A DNA stretch of 64,000 nt from positions 81,475-145,474 of the forward strand of contig PLME01000011.1 in assembly GCA_003142375.1 (NCBI GenBank), in the 5' to 3' direction. The DNA is from Dehalococcoidia bacterium. Lineage in GTDB: Bacteria; Chloroflexota; Dehalococcoidia; GIF9; UBA5629. Made by a program: the position numbers and the translations under genes. The notes beneath the pieces are model-generated. The model saw only the letters and a list, made by a program, of their open reading frames with translations, did no database searches and had not been told where the DNA came from. Below, piece after piece: positions 27,178-37,557 of the stretch. Position 1 is the first letter of the stretch. Each line of letters begins with the position of its first letter.

Positions 27178-28477
27178 TTTTTTCTCCCTCCTCCGGGTTT
27201 TCTTCTTTTTCAGTTACTATCTTAGCTAGTAAGTCCATAGTTTTATTAATTATCATCATATCTCTGAGCGATTCACGCGGTTGCGGCAGGCTAAAAAGCG
27301 CCCTGACATTTTCCGCTTTAGTTTCATCGCCTTTGATCATGTTCTCGATCGCTTCTGCCAATTCATCCTCACTTACCTTGATGTCTTCCACCTCGCCTAT
27401 TTTGCTGGTAACCAGGAAAGCCTTGACCCTATCAGTGGCCGCCGGCCTCAGATCATCGCGATGCTGTTCAAGCGTTTTCTTAGCATTTCCCAGGTAATTC
27501 TCAAGCCCCTTCACACCGTCTGCAAAATTCCTCGCCTCCTCGTTGATGATATGGTCTATTTCTTTATCAACCAGCACCGGCGGAAACTCTATTGTGCTCT
27601 GCTCGATTAACATAGTTACCAGTTTGTTCTCGAATTCCTTCTTCAGGTTTTCGTCGGCCCGTGATTGCAGGCCCACACGGATTTTTCCCTTCAGGTCGTC
27701 CAGATTCTCACTGCCCGCATTCTTGGCGAACTCATCATTTACTTCTGGAAGGCTCTTTTCCTTTATTTCTTTTACTTTAACTGTGAAGGTGTACTCTTTT
27801 CCAGCTATTTCTTTTACCTCGTAATCATCCGGGAAAGATAGCGTAAACTCTGTATCCGCATCTTTTTCCAGCCCCACCAGTTTCTCAGCGAAACCGGGCG
27901 CAGGGTATTTGGAATCCTTGTTCACTTCGTAGGCCGCATCTTTGCGGTCGAGGATCTGATCGCCACCCCTTTTAGCCGTGATATCGCAGGTAATAATATC
28001 CCCGTATTGGATGCCACGTTCCACCGGGACTAGGGTGCCGAATTGCATCTGCAATTGCTCGATCACCTGATTGATGTCGCTGTCGCCGATCTCCTTCTTC
28101 CCCATTTCCAATTTCAGTTCACGGTAGTTTCCGGGAGTAACATTCGGTTTTAGAGGGACTATGGCCTTGAATGTAACCGGCTCAATTTGCAGAAGCTCAA
28201 TTTTAGGTTCGGCGATGGCCGCAATAGACTCCTTCTTTAAGGCCTCTTCATAGGCTTCAGGGATAAGGTGCTCTAACGCCTCCTGGAAAATAGCTTGTTT
28301 GCCTACGTGCTGCTCAACCAGGCTGCTCGGCGCTTTGCCCTTTCTAAAGCCGGGCAGCGTCACTCTTCTCGCCAGGTGCTCCAGGGCCTCGGCCATATAT
28401 TTATCGATTTCATTGCCTTCCATTTCCACATTGAGGGCAAGCTGGCAATTATCCATTTTTTCGCAAGTTGTTTTCAT
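27158..28477 (-). CDS. tig: trigger factor
   Basis: The ribosome-binding N-domain (GFRKGKAP signature), an FKBP PPIase domain and a C-terminal helical domain are present. It is upstream of clpP. Confidence 0.9.
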   Translation of the reverse strand: MKTTCEKMDNCQLALNVEMEGNEIDKYMAEALEHLARRVTLPGFRKGKAPSSLVEQHVGKQAIFQEALEHLIPEAYEEALKKESIAAIAEPKIELLQIEPVTFKAIVPLKPNVTPGNYRELKLEMGKKEIGDSDINQVIEQLQMQFGTLVPVERGIQYGDIITCDITAKRGGDQILDRKDAAYEVNKDSKYPAPGFAEKLVGLEKDADTEFTLSFPDDYEVKEIAGKEYTFTVKVKEIKEKSLPEVNDEFAKNAGSENLDDLKGKIRVGLQSRADENLKKEFENKLVTMLIEQSTIEFPPVLVDKEIDHIINEEARNFADGVKGLENYLGNAKKTLEQHRDDLRPAATDRVKAFLVTSKIGEVEDIKVSEDELAEAIENMIKGDETKAENVRALFSLPQPRESLRDMMIINKTMDLLAKIVTEKEENPEEGEKNGQVTA

Positions 28478-28532
28478 ATTAACGTATCACCTTGAATTAT
28501 TATAACATCGGGAAATTCGACTTCAAAAATGT

Positions 28533-30335
28533 TTACGCTTGATTCTCCTGCTCCGTAATGCGCAGGTGCAGCTCATCGAGTTGTAAATTCGATATATGGG
28601 AAGGCGCATCGGTCATCACATCGATCGCAGCCTGATTCTTGGGGAAGGCAATAACATCCCGGATGGTCTTACTGCCTGTCAGCAGCATTATAAACCTATC
28701 AATTCCGGGAGCTATGCCCCCGTGGGGTGGCGCTCCGTATTCCAGAGCCTCCAAAAAACCCCCGAACTTGTCTTCCATTTCTTCTTTCGAGTATCCAAGG
28801 ATGCTGAATATTTTCTCCTGGAGATCCCTGGTGTGTATGCGGATGCTTCCACTGGACAGTTCGAAACCGTTGCAAACGATGTCGTAGTGACGTGCGCGGA
28901 TCTTGGAGAGGTCCGAATCAAGCAGTGGTACATCTTCGTCAAAGGGCGCTGTAAACATGTGGTGCATGGAGTCCCAGCCTTTTCTTTCTTCGTTCCACTC
29001 AAATAGAGGGAAATCCGTGACGAAAAGAAATGCCATTAAATTGGATGGACACAGCTGCAGGCGTTTGGCCATCTCACGGCGCAGCTCATCAAGAATCTTA
29101 TGTACTATGTTTTCGCTGCCGGCCGCTATGAGAATTAAGTCCCCGCGTTGGGCTTCAAATATCTTGAATATCTCTTTCAGCTTTGCGGTCCCCAGATGTT
29201 TGGTGGCGACTGATTTAACCTGTGTGGACAAATCACCAGCGTCATCTCCATCCGGCAACCATGCCATCGAGATCAGGCCTTTGGCGCCCAAACCTCTGGC
29301 TATTTCAGTCAATTCTTCAATTTGCTTGTGTGTGTAATTGGCACATCCCGGCAGGCAAATACCTTTTACAACTCCTTTGGCTTGGATGGCGGACTTGAAG
29401 ACAATAAACTCGCTGTCCGACACCAGGGATGAGATGTCCTTTAATTCCAAGCCGTAGCGGATATCCGGCTTGTCCGTCCCGTAGCGGCTGATAACATCGG
29501 CATAAGACAGCCTGGGGAATGGTTTAATGAGTTTGATATCGGGCGTCAAGGTTTCCACCAGCGAAGTAAACATCTCTTCACACAAACTCAATATGTCCTC
29601 TTCAGTGACAAAACTCATCTCCAGGTCTAACTGGGTAAACTCCGGCTGGCGATCGGCGCGCAGGTCCTCATCACGAAAACACCTGGCTATTTGATAGTAT
29701 TTCTCCATGCCGGCCACCATCAGCAGTTGCTTAAGCTGCTGGGGCGATTGAGGCAAAGCATAGAACTTGCCCGCATGTAGGCGGCTGGGGACCACGTAAT
29801 CACGAGCTCCTTCTGGTGTGCTCTTTATCAATATAGGAGTCTCCACCTCGACAAAGCCCCTGACATCAAGGAAATCACGCATGAATTTAATCACCTTATG
29901 CCTGAGTATCATATTGTCCCGCATACCCGACCGCCTGAGGTGGAGATAACGGTATTTCAGCAAAAGGTTTTCGTCAACGTCCACCTCTTCATTGATATAA
30001 AAAGGCGGAGTTTTGGAGGAGTTATAAATTTGTATGGCTTTTGCAAGAATCTCTATTTCACCGGTAGGCAATTTAGAGTTTTCGGTGCCAGACGGCCTTT
30101 TTGAGACCTCTCCTTTAACCTGAAGGACGTACTCATTTCTTAGTTCCGTGGCAATGGAATGTGCATCACCCGAAATCTCGGGGTTAAAAACGACCTGCGT
30201 AATCCCTTCTTTGTCACGTAGATCAATGAATATCAGGCCGCCGTGGTCGCGACGCCGGTGAACCCATCCTGCCAGTGTGACCGATTGACCGGTATTGGCG
30301 GCGCGCAATTCTCCACAATTATGAGTTTTTAGCAA
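28533..30335 (-). CDS. aspS: aspartate--tRNA ligase
   Basis: The class II aaRS motifs and the AspRS QSPQQ flipping loop are present (FYALPQSPQQLKQLLMVAG). The size is 600 aa. Confidence 0.9.
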   Translation of the reverse strand: MLKTHNCGELRAANTGQSVTLAGWVHRRRDHGGLIFIDLRDKEGITQVVFNPEISGDAHSIATELRNEYVLQVKGEVSKRPSGTENSKLPTGEIEILAKAIQIYNSSKTPPFYINEEVDVDENLLLKYRYLHLRRSGMRDNMILRHKVIKFMRDFLDVRGFVEVETPILIKSTPEGARDYVVPSRLHAGKFYALPQSPQQLKQLLMVAGMEKYYQIARCFRDEDLRADRQPEFTQLDLEMSFVTEEDILSLCEEMFTSLVETLTPDIKLIKPFPRLSYADVISRYGTDKPDIRYGLELKDISSLVSDSEFIVFKSAIQAKGVVKGICLPGCANYTHKQIEELTEIARGLGAKGLISMAWLPDGDDAGDLSTQVKSVATKHLGTAKLKEIFKIFEAQRGDLILIAAGSENIVHKILDELRREMAKRLQLCPSNLMAFLFVTDFPLFEWNEERKGWDSMHHMFTAPFDEDVPLLDSDLSKIRARHYDIVCNGFELSSGSIRIHTRDLQEKIFSILGYSKEEMEDKFGGFLEALEYGAPPHGGIAPGIDRFIMLLTGSKTIRDVIAFPKNQAAIDVMTDAPSHISNLQLDELHLRITEQENQA

Positions 30336-30458
30336 TTAGTCCTCCTGGGCATCAAATTATATCTTAATACGATTACTCGGCACAAAATTTGAATACAGGA
30401 GTCAGAGGATAGCAGTACTTAATGTAACAACTCCTGGATTAAAAAGGTGCCTGGCAGG

Positions 30459-32015
30459 TTAGGAACCTTTAGAGTATTTATCCCTCAGCCTGGGCTTTTC
30501 AATTTTCCCGGTGGGGTTTCGCGGTATCTTATCGAATATAATTTTCCTCGGCACTTTGTGTTTTGCGAGGCAATCTTTGCAAAAGTCAATGACCTCGATC
30601 TCGGTGATGTTTTCGCCCTGCTTAAGATCAATAATGGCAACAGCTATCTCCCCTAACCTATCATCAGGGATGCCGATGACCGCAACATCATATATTTTAG
30701 TATGATTATGTAAAGCATCCTCGACTTCAACAGGGTAAATATTCTCCCCACCTGTGATGATGACATCTTTCTTTCTATCTACTAAATAAATAAAGCCTTC
30801 ATCGTCCATAGTTGCCATATCCCCGGTATAAAGCCAGCCGTCCTTCAAGGTCTCTCGAGTTTTCTCCGGATTCCGGTAATATTCTTTCATTACGCCGTCG
30901 CCTTTAACCGCCAGTTCCCCTATCTCTCCCTTCCCCATAGTGTCTCCTTTTTCATCCACTATTTTCGCTTCCCAGTTAAAACCTGGAACCCCAATAGCTC
31001 CGACCTTCCTCTCATTCTCTATACCCAGGTGAACGCATCCGGGCCCCGAGGATTCGCTCAACCCGTAGTTGGTATCATATTGCATATCAGGGAAGACCTG
31101 CTTCCACTGTTTTATCAGGGCCGGCGGCACGGGTTGCGCTCCAATATGCATCAATCTCCAGCAGTTGAGATCATAGTCCTCTTTTTTAAGATCGCCTTTC
31201 TCCAGGGCCACCAGTATATCGTGAGCCCAGGGGACCAGCAGCCATACAATTGTCCCCCTTTCCTTGTGAACAACTTCCAACACATTTTTAGGACTCACAT
31301 CACCCAATAGCGTGGCTTTACCACCCACTATCAGGCTGCCGAACCAGTGCATCTTGGACCCGGTGTGATAGAGTGGTGGAATCAATATGAAGTTATCATC
31401 CCTTGTCTGATGATGGTGCGCATACTCGGTGATGGCCGCGCATTTCAAATTACTGTGCGTGAGAAGGATCGGCTTCGGCGTGCCGGTGGTCCCCGAGGTA
31501 AAGTACAGGCTGCAGTTATCATCTTCTTTCAACTGTACTGCGGGCGCTGTAACCGGGAACTGGGCAATGGCTGAGTGAAAGTCTTTTATATAATCAGGTG
31601 TTTTGCCGCCCACTCCTATGTATTTCTTGAGTTGGCGTAACTGGCCGTGCACCGAGTCTATTCGTCCGAAGAACTCTTCGCCGATTATGGCGTTTTTTGC
31701 GCCTGAAATATCGGCACAGTATTTGAAGTCCTGTTCCGTGAACCTGAAATTTAGCGGAACCACCCAGGCCCCGGTACGCAAAATTCCGAAATAGGCTATC
31801 AGCCAATCGATGGAATTCACCATCCAGTGTATGACTTTATCGCCCTTATTAACGCCCGAGGCTAGGAGCATATTGGCGACTCTGTTGGCCTCTTCGTCAA
31901 ATACCTTCCAGGTTATCTCCCGCCGATAGTTCAAGCTCGGCTTAATCTCAACCAGGGCGCAATCGTCAGGATAATTTCTGGCGTTGCGCGCAAGCATTTC
32001 GGGTATTGTGATCAT
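30459..32015 (-). CDS. AMP-dependent synthetase/ligase (acyl- or aryl-CoA ligase)
   Basis: The AMP-binding motif YFTSGTTGTPKPILLTH, the YTGDMATMDDEGFIYLVDRKKDVIITGGENIYP hinge and a C-terminal K are present. Confidence 0.85.
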   Translation of the reverse strand: MITIPEMLARNARNYPDDCALVEIKPSLNYRREITWKVFDEEANRVANMLLASGVNKGDKVIHWMVNSIDWLIAYFGILRTGAWVVPLNFRFTEQDFKYCADISGAKNAIIGEEFFGRIDSVHGQLRQLKKYIGVGGKTPDYIKDFHSAIAQFPVTAPAVQLKEDDNCSLYFTSGTTGTPKPILLTHSNLKCAAITEYAHHHQTRDDNFILIPPLYHTGSKMHWFGSLIVGGKATLLGDVSPKNVLEVVHKERGTIVWLLVPWAHDILVALEKGDLKKEDYDLNCWRLMHIGAQPVPPALIKQWKQVFPDMQYDTNYGLSESSGPGCVHLGIENERKVGAIGVPGFNWEAKIVDEKGDTMGKGEIGELAVKGDGVMKEYYRNPEKTRETLKDGWLYTGDMATMDDEGFIYLVDRKKDVIITGGENIYPVEVEDALHNHTKIYDVAVIGIPDDRLGEIAVAIIDLKQGENITEIEVIDFCKDCLAKHKVPRKIIFDKIPRNPTGKIEKPRLRDKYSKGS

Positions 32016-32065
32016 ATTTGTTTTCCGATGCCGTCCAGAAGATTTCCCCGCTATTATATAACAGG

Positions 32066-32776
32066 TCAGCCGCCCAGGTATGCGTTTTTGACCCTTTCGT
32101 CTTCGTTTAATTCGCCTGCCGGTCCTTCAAGCACCAATTTTCCAGTCTCCAGCACATATGCCCTGTTGGCGAGGTTCAGGGCCATGCGGGCGTTCTGTTC
32201 CACAAGGATAATACTTATACCACCGCGATTGATCTCTTTAATCGTTCTACCGACCTCCCCCACCATGATAGGCGACAGTCCCATGCTTGGCTCATCCATC
32301 ATAATAAGTGTAGGCTTATTTAAAAGGGCACGCCCAATGGCCAGCATCTGCTGCTCTCCTCCGCTCAGGCTACCCGCCGTCTGGTTCTTTCTTTCCTTCA
32401 AGATAGGGAAATGCTCGAATATTGCATCGAGTTGACCTGCTATTTCCTTTTTATCCTTCCATAAATAAGCGCCCAATTCCAGGTTTTCCATGACTGATAA
32501 GGGAGCCAGTATTTTCCTTCCTTCCGGTACATGTGAGATACCGAGGCGTACGATTTTATATGCGGGCAGGCCCGTGATTTTAGCACCCCTAAAATAAGCT
32601 TCTCCCGAGCTTAGCGACTTTAAACCGGATATGGCCCGCAGCGTTGTGGTCTTGCCCGCCCCGTTGGCGCCTATAATTGTAACTATCTCCTTCTCGCCGA
32701 CATGCAGGGAAACATCGGTCAATACCTTCGTTTTGCCGTAATAGACAGTGAAATTCCTTACTTCAAGTAGTGACAT
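32066..32776 (-). CDS. ABC transporter ATP-binding protein, LivF family
   Basis: Walker A (GANGAGKTT), signature (LSGGEQQMLAIG) and Walker B (IMMDEPSMGL) are present. Confidence 0.85.
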   Translation of the reverse strand: MSLLEVRNFTVYYGKTKVLTDVSLHVGEKEIVTIIGANGAGKTTTLRAISGLKSLSSGEAYFRGAKITGLPAYKIVRLGISHVPEGRKILAPLSVMENLELGAYLWKDKKEIAGQLDAIFEHFPILKERKNQTAGSLSGGEQQMLAIGRALLNKPTLIMMDEPSMGLSPIMVGEVGRTIKEINRGGISIILVEQNARMALNLANRAYVLETGKLVLEGPAGELNEDERVKNAYLGG

Positions 32777-32780
32777 TATG

Positions 32781-33545
32781 TCATATCACCTGCTTTCCCA
32801 AATAGGCTTCGATCACCTGTTCATCTTTTCGAATATCGGCCGGCGTATTTTCCGCTATCTTCACGCCCAAGCTTAGTACAACTATCCTGTCACAAAGGCT
32901 CATAACAGCCTTCATATCGTGCTCCACTATCAAAACGGTTATCCCTTTATTACGGATCTTCTTTATTTTTTCCACCATTTCCATAGTTTCAGTGGGATTC
33001 ATACCGGTTACGGGTTCGTCGAGCAGCAGCAAGTCCGGTTCGGTCGCTAGTGCTATGGCGATGGCAAGTGCACGTTGATGTCCATGCGGTAAATTGGCTG
33101 CGAGTTCGCCGCTAAAAGAAGATAGCCCCATGAACTCTATAATCTCAGAGGCTTTCTTTTCCTTATCAGCTTCTTCACTGTTTGCCCCGGGTGTATGCAG
33201 GAAAGCTTTCCACAGCGGTTGAGTATAATGCTGGTGAAATCCGCTCAAAACATTCTCGAAGACCGTTTCCTGCATAAACAAAGTAGGTTCCTGGAATATC
33301 CTGGCGATACCTTTTTGAGCAATCTCATCAATCCGTAAGCCAGTAATCAGTTCGCCTTTAAATTGAATTTTGCCCTTATTGGGAACTATAAAACCGCCGA
33401 TAATATTGAAAAGAGTGCTTTTACCGGCGCCGTTGGGACCTATAAGCCCGAGGATTTCGCCCTCCCTTATATCCAGCGATAAATCACGCACTGCGACCAG
33501 TCCGCCAAATATCTTTGTAACATTTCTAACTTCCAGGAGGGCCAT
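32781..33545 (-). CDS. ABC transporter ATP-binding protein, LivG family
   Basis: GPNGAGKST and [10 protein letters not shown] are present. Long stretches match the LivG gene at 8513 by eye. Confidence 0.85.
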   Translation of the reverse strand: MALLEVRNVTKIFGGLVAVRDLSLDIREGEILGLIGPNGAGKSTLFNIIGGFIVPNKGKIQFKGELITGLRIDEIAQKGIARIFQEPTLFMQETVFENVLSGFHQHYTQPLWKAFLHTPGANSEEADKEKKASEIIEFMGLSSFSGELAANLPHGHQRALAIAIALATEPDLLLLDEPVTGMNPTETMEMVEKIKKIRNKGITVLIVEHDMKAVMSLCDRIVVLSLGVKIAENTPADIRKDEQVIEAYLGKQVI

Positions 33546-33547
33546 TT

Positions 33548-34585
33548 CTATCTTTCTCCAGCCCCCGGATTCTTGTTTTTCTGCAGCCAGGATTTAATGG
33601 AATGAATAGCCTGACCGTTGTTTCGGTTGTTTGATTTTGCAGCATTTATTATCGTGCCCAGAATGCCTCCCTGGAAAAATAGGATAACCAGCAATAACAA
33701 TATGCCTGTTACTATCGGCTCGTACTCTTTGATTATCCGCAGATATTCGGGAATAAATGTCATTATAATCGAGCCAACAGCCGGGCCCATTACATAGAAC
33801 TCAAGACCGCCCAGTACTGCATAAAGTTGAATATAGATCGACAGCCATCCGCTGAAAGCCCCCGGAGTAACGGTCTGAAAATAATGCGCATAAAAACTTC
33901 CGGCTGCGGCTGCTGTAGTGGAAGCGATGGTAAAGGCCAGCAATCTGTAGTTATACTGGTTGATGCCCAGCGTCCCGGCCAGGTTGGGGCTAAGCTTAAT
34001 GGCCTTCCACGCCCGGCCTATATATGACGTGTACAGGGCATAGTAAGCTAGCACGACCAGCAGTAGAATAATCAGTATTAGATAGTAGTATGGTGTTTTG
34101 CTGCCGAATTGAATTGGACCTAATGGCGTCGGTTTGGGAATGCCTATGATACCTCCCCACCCCCCTAGAAATTCGATCTGTCCTGCAGCTATAACCACAG
34201 CGCTAGCAAAAAGCAGCGTGATGATTACGAAGGCAATTCCGCCGTTTCTGACGAAAATAGCGCCGACCCCCAGTGCCAGTATGCTGGCAATGATGATGGT
34301 GAGCGGAAAGGCCAGCCAGAAAGATATGCCTGAATTCATTGCCAGTGTAGCCGAAATATATGCCCCAACTGCATAGAAGGCCCCAGCTCCCAGGCTTATC
34401 AGCCCGGTGCTGAAGAGCATGCTGAAAGACATGCCCAGAATGGTCCCCACGCAGGCCATAATCAACAGGTGTTTAATATAATCGTTTTCAATAAACAGTG
34501 GCAGGGCTGCAAGAATGATGATGAGGATCACCGCCGCCGCCAGTTTTTTGTGAATTGTTTTCCAGCTAGTCGGCAGCTTCACCAA
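33548..34585 (-). CDS. branched-chain amino acid ABC transporter permease, LivM family
   Basis: It is a polytopic membrane protein in the LivM position of the cassette. Confidence 0.8.
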   Translation of the reverse strand: MVKLPTSWKTIHKKLAAAVILIIILAALPLFIENDYIKHLLIMACVGTILGMSFSMLFSTGLISLGAGAFYAVGAYISATLAMNSGISFWLAFPLTIIIASILALGVGAIFVRNGGIAFVIITLLFASAVVIAAGQIEFLGGWGGIIGIPKPTPLGPIQFGSKTPYYYLILIILLLVVLAYYALYTSYIGRAWKAIKLSPNLAGTLGINQYNYRLLAFTIASTTAAAAGSFYAHYFQTVTPGAFSGWLSIYIQLYAVLGGLEFYVMGPAVGSIIMTFIPEYLRIIKEYEPIVTGILLLLVILFFQGGILGTIINAAKSNNRNNGQAIHSIKSWLQKNKNPGAGER

Positions 34586-35459
34586 GCAAACCTCCGGGTC
34601 TGAAACTAAGTATAGCGATAACCAGCAGGAATACGAATAGCTCGGCTATTCCGCCCAGGAATTGAAAACCAAAGCTCAAAGCAAGGCCGACCAGCAGGCC
34701 TCCCAAAATTGTACCTCTATAGCTGCCTATCCCACCGACTAACAGCACCAGCAGAGATAAGAATATTACATTTTCTCCCATGGCGGGCGTGACAGAGAAA
34801 AGCGGGGCGATGATGCCGCCTGCAATCCCGGCCAGGGCGCTTCCCAGAGCGAAACAAAACACCAGTATCCAGAGGGTGTTGATACCTGCCAGGGTTACGG
34901 CTTCAGGATCGTAACTTATGGCCCTTAATATTTTGCCCAGCGTGGTCCTGTACATAAGGAAATACAGCAAGAGGCAAATAATTATGGCCGCCAGTATGAC
35001 TATTACCCGCATGAGGGAAATCCTGACGTCGAAGATATCTATCATTTGAGGAAATGGAGTTTTCACACCCCTTTCTTCGGTTCCGAATAGCAGCAGGGTG
35101 CCTTGCTGCAATATCATCATCAAACCCACGGAGGCCATGGCGCTCAATAACAACCTGTAGGAAAATGTCGTGGTAACTGTGAACCTCTGCCTCACAACAT
35201 GAAAGATGCTCATGTAGCATATCGCTCCGACCAGGCCGAGGGTAAGACCGGCCAGGATAAGGGAGAGAGCGAAGTCCAGATGCATGATTTGGAATAATAG
35301 GAGCAGCATGTAGGCTCCCAGCATATAGAACTGGCCGTGGGCAAAATTCAGTATTTTAGTGCCCCTGATAATGATGTCCAGGCCGAGCACCATAAGTACG
35401 TAAACCGAGCCTAGAGATAGTGCGTTTAAAAGTAATTGAGCTAATAAACCCGGAGTCAC
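34566..35459 (-). CDS. branched-chain amino acid ABC transporter permease, LivH family
   Basis: It is a membrane protein with a LivH-like C-terminus ([11 protein letters not shown]). Confidence 0.8.
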   Translation of the reverse strand: MTPGLLAQLLLNALSLGSVYVLMVLGLDIIIRGTKILNFAHGQFYMLGAYMLLLLFQIMHLDFALSLILAGLTLGLVGAICYMSIFHVVRQRFTVTTTFSYRLLLSAMASVGLMMILQQGTLLLFGTEERGVKTPFPQMIDIFDVRISLMRVIVILAAIIICLLLYFLMYRTTLGKILRAISYDPEAVTLAGINTLWILVFCFALGSALAGIAGGIIAPLFSVTPAMGENVIFLSLLVLLVGGIGSYRGTILGGLLVGLALSFGFQFLGGIAELFVFLLVIAILSFRPGGLLGEAAD

Positions 35460-35573
35460 GTTATTCCCTTTACATCAAGAGGTAGAAGTCACTGCAATAT
35501 TACAGTGACTTCTACCGTTTTGGCTAATTATTCGTTTAGAAATAAGACTTTCTGTTCGGTGATTGTAGCAGAA

Positions 35574-36824
35574 CTACTTCCATACTCCGCCGAAAGCACT
35601 CTGGTTAGCCTTTAAGGCATCATCCGCTGAAACGGTCCCCAGGTATTCGTATTTACCACTCTTGAAAATACCGAAGTCCAATGACGCACAGGTGTCGCAG
35701 AACCTGTCGTTCTTGAAGTCCGGCCGCTTCACCAGCATGGCACTGCCATTAGGGCTTTGCCAGGATAGACCATTGGCTGAAAGATATGCACTGACCACTT
35801 CGGGATCAATGCTATCGGCCTTTTGAACAGCATTGACGAAGGCGTAAAAGGCGGGTATCCAGGTAAGGCTGACCGTCGACCATGAGCCGTATTTAGCCGT
35901 CCAGTCCTGTTTATATTGCGTAGCTAAGGCACTGGGGTTTGGAATCTCAGTCGATGGCAATATGGAGATGAGCCCCTCCATAGACTGCGGTGGGGCCACC
36001 GCCAGCACTTCGGTCAAGCTGGGGGGCATGGGGCTCACATGAGCACCTTTGAACCCTGCTTCATATAATGCTTTGAATTGCAGGCCGAACTGGGTTCCGG
36101 CAACCGCTCCCGGGTAGTCCATAATATCGGGTTTCAAGGCTGCAATCTTGGTAGCAAATGGAGCAAAATCCTGTGTGCTGCGCGGATAGTAGACGTTATC
36201 CAGCACGGTGATTCCGAGGGCCGTAGCGATTTTGGCGTTATCGCTCGCCAGGGCTTTGCCGGTTTCATCGTCCGGGGACAGGTTTACCATGGTTTTAGCA
36301 TTGGGGAAGGCAGACTTCAGCAATGGGAACAACGGTGCCAGATTGGTCCTCCATGTTGCAGTTCCAAATACGTATTTGTTGGCCGGATCGATTATTTTCG
36401 ACGAGGCGCCGCCGCAGAGGACCATCACTTTGGCAGGTTCTGTAACTGCGAGGCCGGCCACGATCGGTGCTGAACCGACCTGGCAGATAATGAATTTTAC
36501 TTTATCTTGATTGACCAATCGCTCTACTGCCGCCCGTCCACCGTCAGCAGTATATTTGTCATCGTATATAATCAGGTTAATATTGTATTTCTGGCCTTTG
36601 ACCGTCAGCCCACCCGCTGCATTGAACGCAGGGACGATCATTTCCAGAGCCTTTTTTGTATCCATGCCCAGGCTGTTGTCAAACGGAAGTGTGCATCCGA
36701 CATTGAGAGTTTTTACTTCCGTTGCCGCGGCTGGCTGTGTGGTCGCTGCCGGGCTGCAAGCTACCATGAACGAAGATGCCAGTATGCTCGCAACCATTGT
36801 CAGAATCAGGGCCGCCCTTTTCAT
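35574..36824 (-). CDS. ABC transporter substrate-binding protein, LivK family
   Basis: The signal peptide has a lipobox (FMVACS). A type I periplasmic-binding-protein fold is recognisable. It is the first gene of the minus-strand K-H-M-G-F cassette. Confidence 0.8.
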   Translation of the reverse strand: MKRAALILTMVASILASSFMVACSPAATTQPAAATEVKTLNVGCTLPFDNSLGMDTKKALEMIVPAFNAAGGLTVKGQKYNINLIIYDDKYTADGGRAAVERLVNQDKVKFIICQVGSAPIVAGLAVTEPAKVMVLCGGASSKIIDPANKYVFGTATWRTNLAPLFPLLKSAFPNAKTMVNLSPDDETGKALASDNAKIATALGITVLDNVYYPRSTQDFAPFATKIAALKPDIMDYPGAVAGTQFGLQFKALYEAGFKGAHVSPMPPSLTEVLAVAPPQSMEGLISILPSTEIPNPSALATQYKQDWTAKYGSWSTVSLTWIPAFYAFVNAVQKADSIDPEVVSAYLSANGLSWQSPNGSAMLVKRPDFKNDRFCDTCASLDFGIFKSGKYEYLGTVSADDALKANQSAFGGVWK

Positions 36825-37177
36825 AGATATACCTCCTCTTAATATAAATATAACTGTTAGTAATAAATTAGAAATATCAGTGTTGCCGGGACTTTTAGGT
36901 AGGATTCGTGACTCCAGAGTTACCGTGGGGATGCGGTAACCGGCCTAGAGTCACCTTCGGTAGATATACTTATTTGCGTGCATCTATACTGCGTAAAAGA
37001 TTAATTTAGTCTGAAGCTTTTTCAGTATATTATATTACCCCAGTATACTGCAACTATGTCAAGTTAACGCATCAAAGATATTAATGTTAAAATATCGACA
37101 ATACTAATACTGGCATTGCAAAAGCGGGGTTCTAATCAATCGTAAGATGGTCTCTATACATTTATGAGGAGGTGGCT

Positions 37178-37477
37178 ATGGCTATATATCTTTTACTTTC
37201 GACTCTGACTGGTGAAGGCAGAAAGGCAATAGAGGAATATCCCGAGAAATTAAAGGAATTAAATAAAGAAGTCGAATTCATGGGTATTAAAATCCTCGCC
37301 CAGTATGCGCTGCTCGGCCAATATGACTTCGTCAACATAGTAGAAGCCCCTTCAAATGAAAAGGCTGCTGAGCTGGCCATACACCTTTCAGCCGGCGGTT
37401 TGCAGAGCCTGACCCTGGCTGCGATTCCCCTGGACAAGCTCATTGAGACCCTTAAAAAGAAGCCCCAGGTATTTTAA
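37178..37477 (+). CDS. GYD domain protein
   Basis: ATG 37178 follows a GAGGAGG RBS. The GYD-family sequence is present (GQYDFVNIVEAPSNEKAAELAIHLSAGG). Confidence 0.65.
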   Translation: MAIYLLLSTLTGEGRKAIEEYPEKLKELNKEVEFMGIKILAQYALLGQYDFVNIVEAPSNEKAAELAIHLSAGGLQSLTLAAIPLDKLIETLKKKPQVF

Positions 37478-37557
37478 GTAGCGGTCAATTGAATTAATCA
37501 ATCAAACCCTATTATAATTGTGTCTCATGTTCGAGCGCACAATGAACTCAATGTAAT

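Noticed and set aside
26563-28477. tig-clpP without clpX as a possible rearrangement
   Set aside because: tig-clpP is the conserved order. clpX can lie elsewhere in many genomes, so this is not unusual enough to report.
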